Assembly: GCA_032718475.1 (NCBI GenBank)
Contig: JAUCBJ010006816.1
Coordinates: 60,162-124,161, forward strand
Length of the DNA: 64,000 nucleotides
Origin: Nemertoderma westbladi
Taxonomy: Eukaryota; Animalia; Xenacoelomorpha
Direction: 5' to 3'
This document shows positions 35,301 to 45,320 of the stretch, one piece after another. Below the pieces are notes generated by a model, which was not told the DNA's origin, did not search any database, and saw only the letters and a program-made list of their open reading frames with translations. Every line of letters begins with the position of its first letter. Within the stretch, counting starts at the first letter, position 1. Both the position numbers and the translations under genes were made by a program.

Positions 35301-38300
35301 TTCAACCCTTCCACTCTGTTTCCTAAAGGAATGCCTGTTCACTACCATGGGTGATCTTCCACAGTAAACCCTTCCACTCTGTTTCATAAAGGAATGCCTG
35401 TTCACCACCATGGGTGATCTTCCACAGTAAACCCTTCCACTCTGTTTCCTAAAGGAATGCCTGTCCACCACCATGGGTGATCTTCCACAGTAAACCCTTC
35501 CACTCTGTTTCCTAAAGGAATGCCTGTTCACCACCATGGGTAATCTCCACAGTAAACCCTTCCACTATGTTTCCTAAAGGAATTCCTGTTCACCACCATG
35601 GGTGATCTTTCACAGTAAACCCTTCCACTCTGTTTCCTAAAGGAATGCCTGTTCACCACCATGGGTGATCTTCCACAGTAAACCCTTCCACTATGTTTCC
35701 TAAAGGAATTCCTGTTCACCACCATGTGTGATCTTTCACAGTAAACCCTTCCACTCTGTTTCCTAAAGGAATTCCTGTTCACCACCATGGGTGATCTTCC
35801 ACAGTAAACCCTTCCACTCTGTTTCCTAAAGGAATGCCTGTTCACCACCATGGGTGATCTTCCACAGTAAACCCTTCCACTCTGTTTCCTAAAGGAATGC
35901 CTGTCCACCACCATGGGTGATCTTTCACAGTAAACCCTTCCACTCTGTTTCCTAAAGGAATTCCTGTTCACCACCATGGGTGATCTTCCACAGTAAACCC
36001 TTCCACTATGTTTCCTAAAGGAATGCCTGTTCACCACCATGGGTGATCTTCCACAGTAAACCCTTCCACTCTGTTTCCTAAAGGAATGCATGTTCACTAC
36101 CATGGGTGATCTTCCACAGTAAACCCTTCCACTCTGTTTCCTAAAGGAATTCCTGTTCACCACCATGGGTGATCTTCCACAGTAAACCCTTCCACTCTGT
36201 TTCCTAAAGGAATGCCTGTTCACCACCATGGGTGATCTACCACAGTAAACCCTTCCACTCTGTTTCCTAAAGGAATGCCTGTCCACCACCATGGGTGATC
36301 TTTCACAGTAAACCCTTCCACTCTGTTTCCTAAAGGAATTCCTGTTCACCACCATGGGTGATCTTCCACAGTAAACCCTTCCACTCTGTTTCCTAAAGGA
36401 ATGCCTGTTCACCACCATGGGTGATCTTCCACAGTAAACCCTTCCACAATGTTTCCTAAAGGAATTCCTGTTCACCACCATGGATGATCTTTCACAGTAA
36501 ACCCTTCCACTCTGTTTCCTAAAGGAATTCCTGTTCACCACCATGGGTGATCGTCCACAGTAAACCCTTCCACTCTGTTTCCTAAAGGAATGCCTGTTCA
36601 CCACCATGGGTGATCTTCCACAGTAAACCCTTCCACTCTGTTTCCTAAAGGAATGCCTGTCCACCACCATGGGTGATCTTTCACAGTAAACCCTTCCACT
36701 CTGTTTCCTAAAGGAATTCCTGTTCACCACCATGGGTGATCTTCCACAGTAAACCCTTCCACTATGTTTCCTAAAGGAATGCCTGTTCACCACCATGGGT
36801 GATCTTCCACAGTAAACCCTTCCACTCTGTTTCCTAAAGGAATGCCTGTTCACCACCATGGGTGATCTTCCACAGTAAACCCTTCCACTATGTTTCCTAA
36901 ATGAATGCCTGTTCACCACCATGGGTGATCTTCCACAGTAAAGCCTTCCACTCTGTTTCCTAAAGGAATGCCTGTTCACCACCATGGGTGATCTTCCACA
37001 GTAAACCCTTCCACTCTGTTTCCTAAAGGAATTCCTGTTCACCTCCATGGGTGATCTTCCACAGTAAACCCTTCCACTCTGTTTCCTAAAGGAATGCCTG
37101 TTCACCACCATGGGTGATCTTCCACAGTAAACCCATCCACTCTGTTTCCTAAAGGAATGCCTGTTCACTACCATGGGTGATCTTCCACAGTAAACCCTTC
37201 CTCTCTGTTTCCAAATAGCCTTGGTTCCCATTTATTTGTTTTTTTATTTATTTTTTTTTATTTATTTATTTTATTTATTTATTTCCTGAAGGATGAAAGC
37301 CCGGGTTGGGTTGGGCTAGGCTGCAGCATTTAAAGCACTACTGCGCCCAAACAGTGCTGCCCCATCTAGGGATCGAACCAGGGCTTCCTAATTGGATGCC
37401 CAGGAATGATGCTTATACATTAATGAATAATGCATTAGAGGGATTCAGTAATCCGTCAATTACTTTATTATTGTTTTAAACAAGTCATTTCCTGTAAAAT
37501 ATTAAATTAATCCGCCTACGCTGCAAAATGATAGCTAGTTGCATATCGTTATTTGCATTCAATAATCTTTCTAAATGCCACACAATCTTCCAAGGTGCCT
37601 CTCATTTTACTGATGATTAAAATAATCCATTATGTGGCATTCGTTCGTTGAAATTAACTATTTACATACTCGTGTGTAAAGTAGCACTTTACAGTGTGAT
37701 GATCCGAGTGCTTTGTTACACGAACAAGCGTAGTGAGTGAGTGAAAATAAAGCCACGAGGATCAGAACACTGTAAAGTACTTTGCAACACGTATGTATGT
37801 AGTTTTATTCCAAAATTGTAACATTACGAAATGATTGTACATAATTATAAGTGATCGAAACTGCACAAATTAAATTAGTTGCTGTATAAATAAATGTAAA
37901 AATGACATAAATTATGTTATATGTTATAAATAAGTTAGCTTATATTTATGGTGGCGTTTGGATCCATTTTTAATAGTTTATAGCTACTGGTTGTTAATAG
38001 CTATACCCCGTCTACCGGTAGGTAATGTAGTAGGCCTATCTGGATGTCAGGCAAATACCACCTTTAGTTTACGTGGTAACCAATGGCGGCGTGTTGTAAT
38101 GTCCGCTAAAGGGACATTACTTAACTACTAACACCAAATACAATACTAAATGTACAGGCCAATACAATGCTGTAATGTCCTCTAAAGTTGTAAAGTGCTA
38201 AATAACTACATTTATAACATTAACTACATATATAACTACTAACATAATTAGCAGTTTAAGCTAATAATGTTTCATCCAAATAATTTTGCTAATTTCAAAT

Positions 38301-41300
38301 ATAATCTCTACAAAACATATGACTATCGATAAAATTTAATGTAATCCACAATAAATTTGAACGGTTGTTTAATCGGTATCAGTTATATTTAAACTAAATT
38401 ACTCTATTTACTCCATTGTGTGAAAAGTTGTAGCACTTATTTCTGCGTTATGACCAGAGTGTATTTATGTGCCAAGCGACCACAGCTACTGCAGGGTTTG
38501 AAACAGAGATAGTTTCACCTCCCTCCTCCTTGCTGGGTGAGAAATAATTTTTATTATAACTTTAAAGATTTAGCTAAAAGCGTCTGAAAGAGGGTCCCCC
38601 GTGATATTGCACCAGTTACACCGCAGTTGTTCTTCAACCTTCATAGTGATTTGTTCGTTCTGATGGAATGCAAGGATTCCAAATATGTAAATATGTAACA
38701 CAATCAGAATTTCGTCGTAAAATAGCTGAGATAAGGGCGTTCAAAAGTTGCCTGGTTGATTAGATTGAACTTACTGGTGCGGCTTTGGACAAACATATCC
38801 ATAATGTATATGACATCCGTTATTCCATCAAATGCCATCCAATATGGTTTCCAATATTCTAAATCTAAAAAAGTAAAATTATAACATTAATTGGATATAC
38901 ATAATTTAATAATAAACGAGGGCAGATACAAGAACCTCCGGAACTACGATATATTACTTTATTTTCCTATTCGTCGTGAAATACGCCGTGAAATAAAGAA
39001 AGCTATGTAATGTGGGTTTTTTTTGCCCCGTCAACTAAATAAGTCATTGAGGGCTATAGCGCCTAGGGCACCATTGAAGGCAAAGGCTTGATACGCATCT
39101 GCAATAGAGATGATACATGCCCCGCCCTGTCTATACTGGATGCTCCTCTACCAGTGTTAGGTAACCTAACCCAGGAGGCACACTTGGTTCAGGGTGTAAC
39201 AAATGGACCCCTACAGTCGGCAGCAGGGCTGTAGGCCATGGATAGGCGGAAGGTAATCAACCAACGGCTAGAAATGCTGACAAGGTCGGCGGAAGGTAAT
39301 CAACCAACGGCGACCTACTGCGAAGACGCTTGTAGGAGTTGCGACCACAAGCGGTTTACTCTCGCAATTGAAAGATATTATATCTGAGTTCGCTCGACCT
39401 AGTAGTAGTAGTAGTATGTAATGCGCTATGGTGTACTATAATATTTCACGGCTTGAGATAAAGTAACATTATTCATTCAGTATGATTGTACCTTATTCTA
39501 CGGTCACGCTGAGGCAGACCTAACAATAAGTCATTCATTATAGATGCTGATAATATATGACTTATAATTATTAAAACTTCGAAACCTGAAAATTACGACA
39601 TAATCGATTTAAAAATAAAGTACCTGTATTTCACTCTCAGGAACTCGTTTCATCTTTCACTCACTCTCTTACGCTCGTTCGTGGAAACATTTCCACTCGA
39701 GCGAGCGGCATGAAATACAGCGCAACTTAATTTAAATTGAATATATAGTTATATTTAGTAAAGATATTGTTAATTTAAATTAAGCAGCTGACCTTTATAA
39801 AAGCAAAGTCGCATTATCCAGAACAAGCAATTGTAAACGAATGCCAAGGTCACCACGAACAGCCAATAATAAATGTTGTCATCACTGGGCACAAATATAA
39901 GTACTGGGCGCTTAGACCTGTAAATAAGTTGTAATATTTAATAAGTAAGAATTAATTATTGGTATAAATTTAAAGGTCCGCGTGGCGAGACCTCTAGTAT
40001 TCATTCAGTTATTGTTGTTGTTGTTGTTGTTGGGGTTGTTGAGGTTGATGGGGTTGTTGTTAATTTCCAGTTTATATTTTAATAAGGTTTCATATGGATA
40101 AGTTTATATAGAGTTCTCTAACGGTGCAGCGTGGCGTAGTTGGTAGCTACAGTAAACCCTTCCACAATTTTTCATAAAGGAATGCCTGTTCCCCACCATG
40201 GGTGATCTTCCACAGTAAACCCTTCCACTCTGTTCCCTCATGATAATTATTAAAACGACAAGGAGTTTCATCGCCCAATGAACACTTCAATATAATTATA
40301 TAAACAGTGGATTAATTTCTCCCCTTTGGGGCATCGTCAGCACAAAAACTACTGCACGTAGAGCTAACAACATAAATTCACCACCATGGGTGATCTTCCA
40401 CAGTAAACCCTTCCACTCTGTTTCCTAAAGGAATGCGTGTTCACCACTATGGGTGATCTTCCACAGTAAACCCTTCCACTCTGTTTCCTAAAGGAATGCC
40501 TGTTCACCACCATGGGTGATCTTCCACAGTAAACCCTTCCACTCTGTTTCCTAAAGGAATGCCTGTTCACCACCACGGGTGATCTTCCACAGTAAACCCT
40601 TCCACTCTGTTTCCTAAAGGAATGCCTGTTCACCATCACCACCATGGGTGATCTTCCACAGTAACCCCCCCCCCCCCCCCCCCCCTATGTTTCCCCACGG
40701 AAGGCCTGCTCACAACAATGGGTGATCTTCCACAGTAAACCCTTCCACTCTGTTTCCTAAAGGAAAGCCTGTTCACCACCATGGGATCGACCAGTGAAGG
40801 ATGAAAGCCAGGGTTGGGCTAGGCATTTAAAGCACTGTGTCAAAACAGTGCTGCCCCATCTAGGGATCGAACCAGGGTTTCCTAATTGGAAGCCCAGGAA
40901 TGTCACCACTAAACCAAGCTACTCATTGCTAAAGAATACATATCATAATGAAATGTACATACTGTAACTAAGTCCGGAATTTAAAAAGACTACACGATTA
41001 TCTAAGAGTGAGCGTGAGTGTGGGTGCGACATTTACCACAAATAATGTAAACTAACTAGAACTACCCACCTTTTAACTACTGAAACTTTTTGTACACCCT
41101 TCTCATCTTTATCGATTTTTACTTCGAAAATTGCCGGACTAGCGTTGTGAAATCTGTCGAGAAAACTATCGGGTCTGTTAATATCCTCGTTTTCATGACT
41201 TTTAGGGGGCCACCTAAGAATACAAAAGGTTCATTTATATGTTTTTAAAAACATCAGAATATTCACTAATCATCAGCTGGAGACAACACATGACAAACGC

Positions 41301-43117
41301 GGAGCTTTATGGTACAATACAACCTGTATCAACCACCCTCCGTGAACGCAGATTAAGATTCAGTGGGCACTGCTGGAGAAATAAAGACGAGGTCTACTTC
41401 CTCACGAGTTCCACTTCATGAGGTGTTCTTATTGTTGCAGATAGGGGGGAAACTGGACGAAATAAAATTTCATCCCTCTCCAGGGGAAATAACAGATGAT
41501 TACTCTCCAAAATAAAACTGTATCATGTTCTATTGTGTTTAGTTTATTGTGTTGGTTGAAATAACGTGCCACTGTAACCTGCGCCTTTCCCTAAATTGAG
41601 AATTTAACATTGAGGCGGGATATTAATTCGCCAAGGCGGGTTTTGCGTCCAGTCCCCCCCCCCCCCCCCCCCCTGTATCTATTATTGACCAACCTTGATA
41701 TTAACTGCATTGTTCTAACAAGTCTAGAGAACGCCGTAGAATGTTTCTTCGGTTTTTGCGTAGAGCCTTCCTCTATCCGAGCCAGTTCTGCATCCACATC
41801 ATCATCATCACTAAGCAACGCACTTGAAACGCGTCGGATTATATTTCGTATTAAACCATTTTTACTTGGCGATTCCTCGGGCTAGAAAGCAAATAATAAT
41901 ATAAAAGCGACTAAATCTTTATGATTAAATATTTACAATAAGTAATCTTAACAGTTGTTATAATAAACGACTCAATACTAAAACATTAACGCCATTTAGT
42001 AAATAATTTTAATCTACAGTATTTATGGAGTATCGGTACTTGCTCGAGTTGTTTCATCTACAAGAATCTTCTACTATTAATAATAATTGTAAAACACTAA
42101 ACGGGATTGGTTTGCTGTAATATTTTATTTGAAAGATTTCATTATTTTATTAATTTTTATTAATACAGAATTTTCATTGATATATAGGGTCAAGTTTCTG
42201 TCCGTCTGTCTGCTTGTTTAACAAAATTTTTTATTAGGGTATTTAGATTCAAAATGCTGAAAATCTAGAACATAAACGGCCCCACTCGAACCACACAATT
42301 TGGAACTTAAACGCCTTCCCCGAATAAACGCCTCCCTCGAATAAACGCCTCCCTCGAATAAACGCCTTCCCCGAATAAACGCCTCCCCGAATAAACGCCC
42401 ACCTCGAATAAACGCCTTCACCCGAATAAACGCCTCCCCAATTGGCAATTTATAAACTTAAACACCGAGGCTTTTATTCGAAGAAATACGGTAGTTAATG
42501 CATCTTTACATTTTTTGGTGCGTATTTACAATATATCTTATTATTGTTACCTTGACAAGTCCAACCTCTAGTTTCCCCTCACTGTTGGTTTTCACTTCAG
42601 TATTACCAGTTACATTAACATGGTTGATTTCCGCAGCACCTTCTGTTTTATCTCCGTCTATTCCACTTGTAGAGATTATGTGATTATCTTTAGCATCCTC
42701 CGCGGGAACTGTATTTATTTTTAAGTTATTTTTATTTTCTATTGATGAATTCGTATTATCTATTAAACTACTTCTAACATCCTTTGTAGATGAGTCATTT
42801 TCAGTAGATTTTATGGCTGTATTCAAAACATCGTTGGTATCATCTCTATTATCTGTTAAAGTATCCGCTTGCACAGTTGAGGGAATTTCTGGAACTTTTA
42901 ACTTGTTATCTTCTTCAGCACTATTTGCAGTGTCTACCGAATCTCGTAACATATTTTCTGAACTCTTTAAAGTATCACCTGCACCTATTGTCGTATCTTC
43001 AACATCCATGCTGATAACCGTGTCAAGATGTTGAGACCCATCATCGTTTAAAAACACTTCTTCGTCATTAAGTTGGACAGAAAATCTTCTAGTAGCTACA
43101 CTATTCGTTTCCGTCAT
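26200..43117 (-). CDS. CNGA: Cyclic nucleotide-gated cation channel alpha subunit, 11 exons, ~859 aa: 43117-42551, 41881-41694, 41213-41070, 39917-39793, 38864-38775, 34616-33989, 31728-31506, 31099-30934, 29519-29368, 27732-27586, 26349-26200
   Basis: All introns are GT-AG with consistent phases (2580 nt CDS). Motifs [86 protein letters not shown]. Confidence 0.93.
27035..27590 (-). repeat. 44-bp intronic minisatellite; each unit contains a copy of the exon-10 donor CACAG|GTGAGC
   Basis: CTCACCTGTG at 27152, 27196 ... 27548 (10 copies), plus the true donor at 27581 and 2 degenerate units. Confidence 0.95.
27586..27732 (-). CDS. CNGA: CNG channel exon 10 (C-helix end, CLZ)
   Basis: Encodes [22 protein letters not shown]; CAG|GTGAGC donor. 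Confidence 0.88.
28060..28690 (+). mobile_element. Degraded RTE-clade LINE 3' fragment
   Basis: Translates piecewise to [10 protein letters not shown] and [10 protein letters not shown]; multiple frameshifts. Confidence 0.7.
29368..29519 (-). CDS. CNGA: CNG channel exon 9 (CNBD)
   Basis: Encodes [32 protein letters not shown]. Confidence 0.95.
29608..29877 (+). mobile_element. Diverged copy of the GGCCCATG MITE
   Basis: Similar termini and interior to 21009-21393; degenerate 8-bp flanks ACTAATTA/TCCAATTA. Confidence 0.7.
29884..30535. mobile_element. MITE with TATATCGTCCCTTTCA TIRs (Tc1/mariner-like, TA flanks)
   Basis: TATATCGTCCCTTTCA..CAACCTAA at the left; TTAGGTGG..TTGAAAGGGACGATATA at the right. 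Confidence 0.7.
30934..31099 (-). CDS. CNGA: CNG channel exon 8 (CNBD)
   Basis: Encodes [31 protein letters not shown]. Confidence 0.95.
31240..31535 (-). repeat. ~40-bp tandem duplication of the exon-7 3' end and splice donor (about 6-7 units, decaying with distance)
   Basis: Unit GAAATAGTGCTCAAACTCAAACCACAG|GTTCGTTCAAGTA on the minus strand, repeated into the intron. Confidence 0.9.
31506..31728 (-). CDS. CNGA: CNG channel exon 7 (C-linker)
   Basis: Encodes [47 protein letters not shown]. Confidence 0.95.
31768..32538. repeat. 13-bp minisatellite (CTAATAATAATTA)n, ~59 units
   Basis: Direct reading. Confidence 0.97.
32568..33065 (-). mobile_element. 3' fragment of an RTE-X-like LINE with (TAAA)n tail
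   Basis: Minus strand reads [13 protein letters not shown]...; (TTTA)n at 32568-32608. Confidence 0.55.
33300..33936 (-). mobile_element. GGCCCATG MITE copy with subterminal 53-bp unit expanded to about 10 copies
   Basis: G(A/G)TATTCTTCACATGGG recurs every 53 bp from 33441 to 33918 and ends TGGGCC at 33936. The interior matches the reverse complement of 21190-21320. Confidence 0.85.
33989..34616 (-). CDS. CNGA: CNG channel exon 6 (S3-S6 and pore)
   Basis: Encodes [54 protein letters not shown]. Confidence 0.95.
35195..37410 (-). mobile_element. tRNA-derived SINE copy whose body is expanded into a ~31-unit 63-bp minisatellite
   Basis: Head (B box GGTTCGATCC) and GCTTTCATCCTTCA domain at 37285-37410; array at 35213-37210. 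Confidence 0.8.
37657..37803. repeat. Long imperfect palindrome with central CACGAACAAGCGTAGTGAGTGAGTG motif (Crypton-derived MITE-like)
   Basis: Arms ACTTTACAGTGT..GATCC / GGATC..ACACTGTAAAGT. Confidence 0.6.
38775..38864 (-). CDS. CNGA: CNG channel exon 5 (S2)
   Basis: Encodes [22 protein letters not shown]; GTAAGT donor. Confidence 0.9.
39013..39414 (+). mobile_element. Short non-autonomous RTE-derived element with (AGT)n tail and 9-bp TSD TATGTAATG
   Basis: TSD at 39004-39012 and 39415-39423; 3' end GAGTTCGCTCGA + (TAG)n is shared with the RTE at 44040-44075. Confidence 0.75.
39793..39917 (-). CDS. CNGA: CNG channel exon 4 (S1)
   Basis: Encodes [25 protein letters not shown]. Confidence 0.9.
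40148..40924 (-). mobile_element. tRNA(Gly-TCC-like)-derived SINE with A box (40906-40916), B box (40864-40873) and ~7-8 63-bp units
   Basis: Minus strand TGGTTTAGTGG...CTTCCAA...GGTTCGATCC, then the same central domain and 63-bp unit as 35195-37410. Confidence 0.8.
41070..41213 (-). CDS. CNGA: CNG channel exon 3
   Basis: Encodes [13 protein letters not shown]; AG|GTGGGT donor. Confidence 0.9.
41265..41400 (+). mobile_element. RTE LINE fragment
   Basis: [27 protein letters not shown]; near-identical to the reverse complement of 44240-44360. Confidence 0.8.
41439..41680. mobile_element. MITE with AGATA-G-run-ACTGGACG TIRs; inverted copy at ~43690-43909
   Basis: The interior matches the reverse complement of 43690-43909. 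Confidence 0.75.
41694..41881 (-). CDS. CNGA: CNG channel exon 2
   Basis: TTTCTAG acceptor; [14 protein letters not shown] (CaM-site-like); AG|GTTGGT donor. Confidence 0.8.
42308..42493 (-). mobile_element. Tc2/pogo-like MITE end with CGAATAAACGCC subterminal repeats
   Basis: TACCGTATTTCTTCGAATA terminus on the minus strand; about 7 CGAATAAACGCC units. Confidence 0.7.
42551..43117 (-). CDS. CNGA: CNG channel exon 1 (acidic, disordered N-terminus)
   Basis: ATG at 43117, open 189 codons to donor AAG|GTAACA; phase 0 fits exon 2. Not conserved, so the start is less certain. Confidence 0.7.
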
Positions 43118-44039
43118 TATATTTATATATATCCATATAATTTTGTACAAAAAACATAACAGCGATTTAATATATTATAAATATTTTCAAAAAATAAACT
43201 AAATCTAAATATTTTTAAATAACTGGAAAATTCTTTAAACGCTTTAACTAGCAATAATTTTTGAAAATATTTCATTAGAATAAACTGTTTTTCTTACTCC
43301 ACAAATTTTAATAGATCCTATTGTTATTATGTTACAGGTATGTATATATTTATTAAATAGTGTAATTGTCAACGACATTCTATTAATAATATTACATTAA
43401 TTATAATTATAATTAATTAATTATATTACAAAATGCCAAAATTACAACTCCAATTTACAAAATTTTGAAAATGATTAAAATTATGTTTTGAAAGTTATAA
43501 CTGCACATGTATTTTAAAATAACACATTAGAGAGTATGTTAGTTAGGGCATGTTATAAAATTGAACGACAATGCAGAAACACTAGAGAGACAGAGCGGAC
43601 ATATTTTTTTAATACCGGTATATAGTAATATAAAGGCATTTTCCTACAAATAATTATATTGCTTTCACAAATTCTAGCAGCCAGTAAGTTTCGAATTAAT
43701 ATCCCACCTCAATGATAAATTCTCAATTTAGGGGAAGGAGCAGGTTACAGTGGCACGTTATTTTAACCAAAACAATAAACTAAACACAATAGAACAGGTT
43801 ACAGTTTTATTTTTGAGAGTAATCATCTGTTATTTGCGTCCAATTTCCCCTGGAGAGGGATGAATTTTCATTGCGTCCAGTTCCCCCCCCCCCCCCCCCA
43901 CCCTATCTGAAGTTTCGAGAATGGTGTAAATCAATAGTAGACCTGGCTTAGGTACTTATACTTGTTTTAAAATTATCCATCTTCTGGAAGGGTTTACTGT
44001 GGGAGGAGATCACCCATGGCCATAGTGGTGAACAGGCAT

Positions 44040-45320
44040 ACATACTACTTACTACTTATATATCGAGCGAACTCGGACAGTAGAAATGAGATCCTTCCAG
44101 GCTTCCAGATTCTCCATAGTTGTCGCAATTTCGTTTCTCCCAAGTTCAGTGTCCCTTTCAAGTTGATCTATATATGTTATGGCTGGTCGTCCACGACTAC
44201 GCTAGGAGTTGGTTGCCAGAAAAGTAGATCTGGTATGACCTCGTCTTTACTTCTTCAGCAGTGCCCACTGAATCTTAATCTGCGTTCACGGAGGGTGGTT
44301 GATACAGGTGGTATTGTACCATAAAGCTCGGCGATTGTCATGTGTTGTCTCCAGATGATGTTTAGAGCTGCCCTTAGTAGTCTTGTGTAGCAACCATCAA
44401 TTCGTTGTTGAAATATGATTTCGTCTCGTCAGTGTCCAGGTCTCACCCCCCGTATAAAAGCACTGTGTCTCGAATGTTGTTTCGAGGCTCGAAAGAACTT
44501 TGTCTTCAGACTCCTCTTCAGACTTCAGACAGGTCTGACTTCCAGTTCCAGATGGTATTCAGTTTTGATAGAGCTACCCATGCCTTTGCTTCCAACTTTG
44601 TGTCTTTTAATTAAATGTATTTTTAGGTGCTCTCTATCCATGACCCAAGGTACTGGAAGTCATTAACTTTATTTAGTGCGCCAATATGTCACCTTGCAGT
44701 ATGCCGGCCAGGATAGGGAAGAACTCCGTTTCACCATCTGGCGGTAGTACCTCAGGTCAGGTCAGGTCAGGTCAGGTCAGGTCAGGTCAGGTCAGGTCAG
44801 GTCAGGTCAGGTCAGGTCAGGTCAGGTCAGGTCAGGTCAGGTCAGGTCAGGTCAGGTCATCTGTGTCATTCATTCAGAAAACCTTCCACCCACCTCCATG
44901 CAGCATAAAGGAGGTGCCACCTGTGGCTGCATAGACCCTCTTACTAAAGGCTTTATTTGGTCCTGTAACTAGGACCCTCTTCGTTATGCGACAGGGACGC
45001 TCTTGGTCCTGGGTTAAGGGCCCATATACTCGCCGGCTGCCGGGGTATGTGGCCTGGCCAGGCAGATGGTGATCTTACTAATGGCTGGTCAGGAGGATAG
45101 TGTTGGAGGTGAAATTAAATGAAATAAGGTCATGTGCTTCAGAGTAGGTATGGGTGATGATGGCTGATGGGCCCCATTGTTGACTCAACTGCGACACCCA
45201 CACCCTGTGGAATGGCAAACCAGGGTGTGGTATCCACCCAGAGAGCAGATAGAAAACAGTAGCTTCTAAGTGGAGACAGGGGGGGGGGGGGGGAGGGGGG
45301 GTAGCTTGAAAACCCATCTC
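44040..45320 (-). mobile_element. Internally deleted RTE-clade LINE (5'UTR-like part, RT fragments, 3' end with AGT tail)
   Basis: Minus strand PDGETEFFPILAGILQGD and [24 protein letters not shown]; ends GAGTTCGCTCGA..AGTAGT. Linkage of 44860-45320 to the element is less certain. Confidence 0.7.
44753..44859 (+). repeat. (CAGGT)n microsatellite, ~21 units
   Basis: Direct reading. Confidence 0.97.

Noticed and set aside
35025-37231. 567-aa and 170-aa repeat proteins ([21 protein letters not shown])n
   Set aside because: These are translations of a 63-bp SINE-derived minisatellite inside CNG intron 5; the frame is open only because the unit is a multiple of 3 with no stop.
40122-40147. tRNA gene (GGTGCAGCGTGGCGTAGTTGGTAGC)
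   Set aside because: Only a 5' A-box fragment with no anticodon or T arm; probably a broken SINE head.
40850-40924. Functional tRNA-Gly gene
   Set aside because: A and B boxes are present, but the acceptor stem is poor and it runs into a SINE body also found at 37285-37410.
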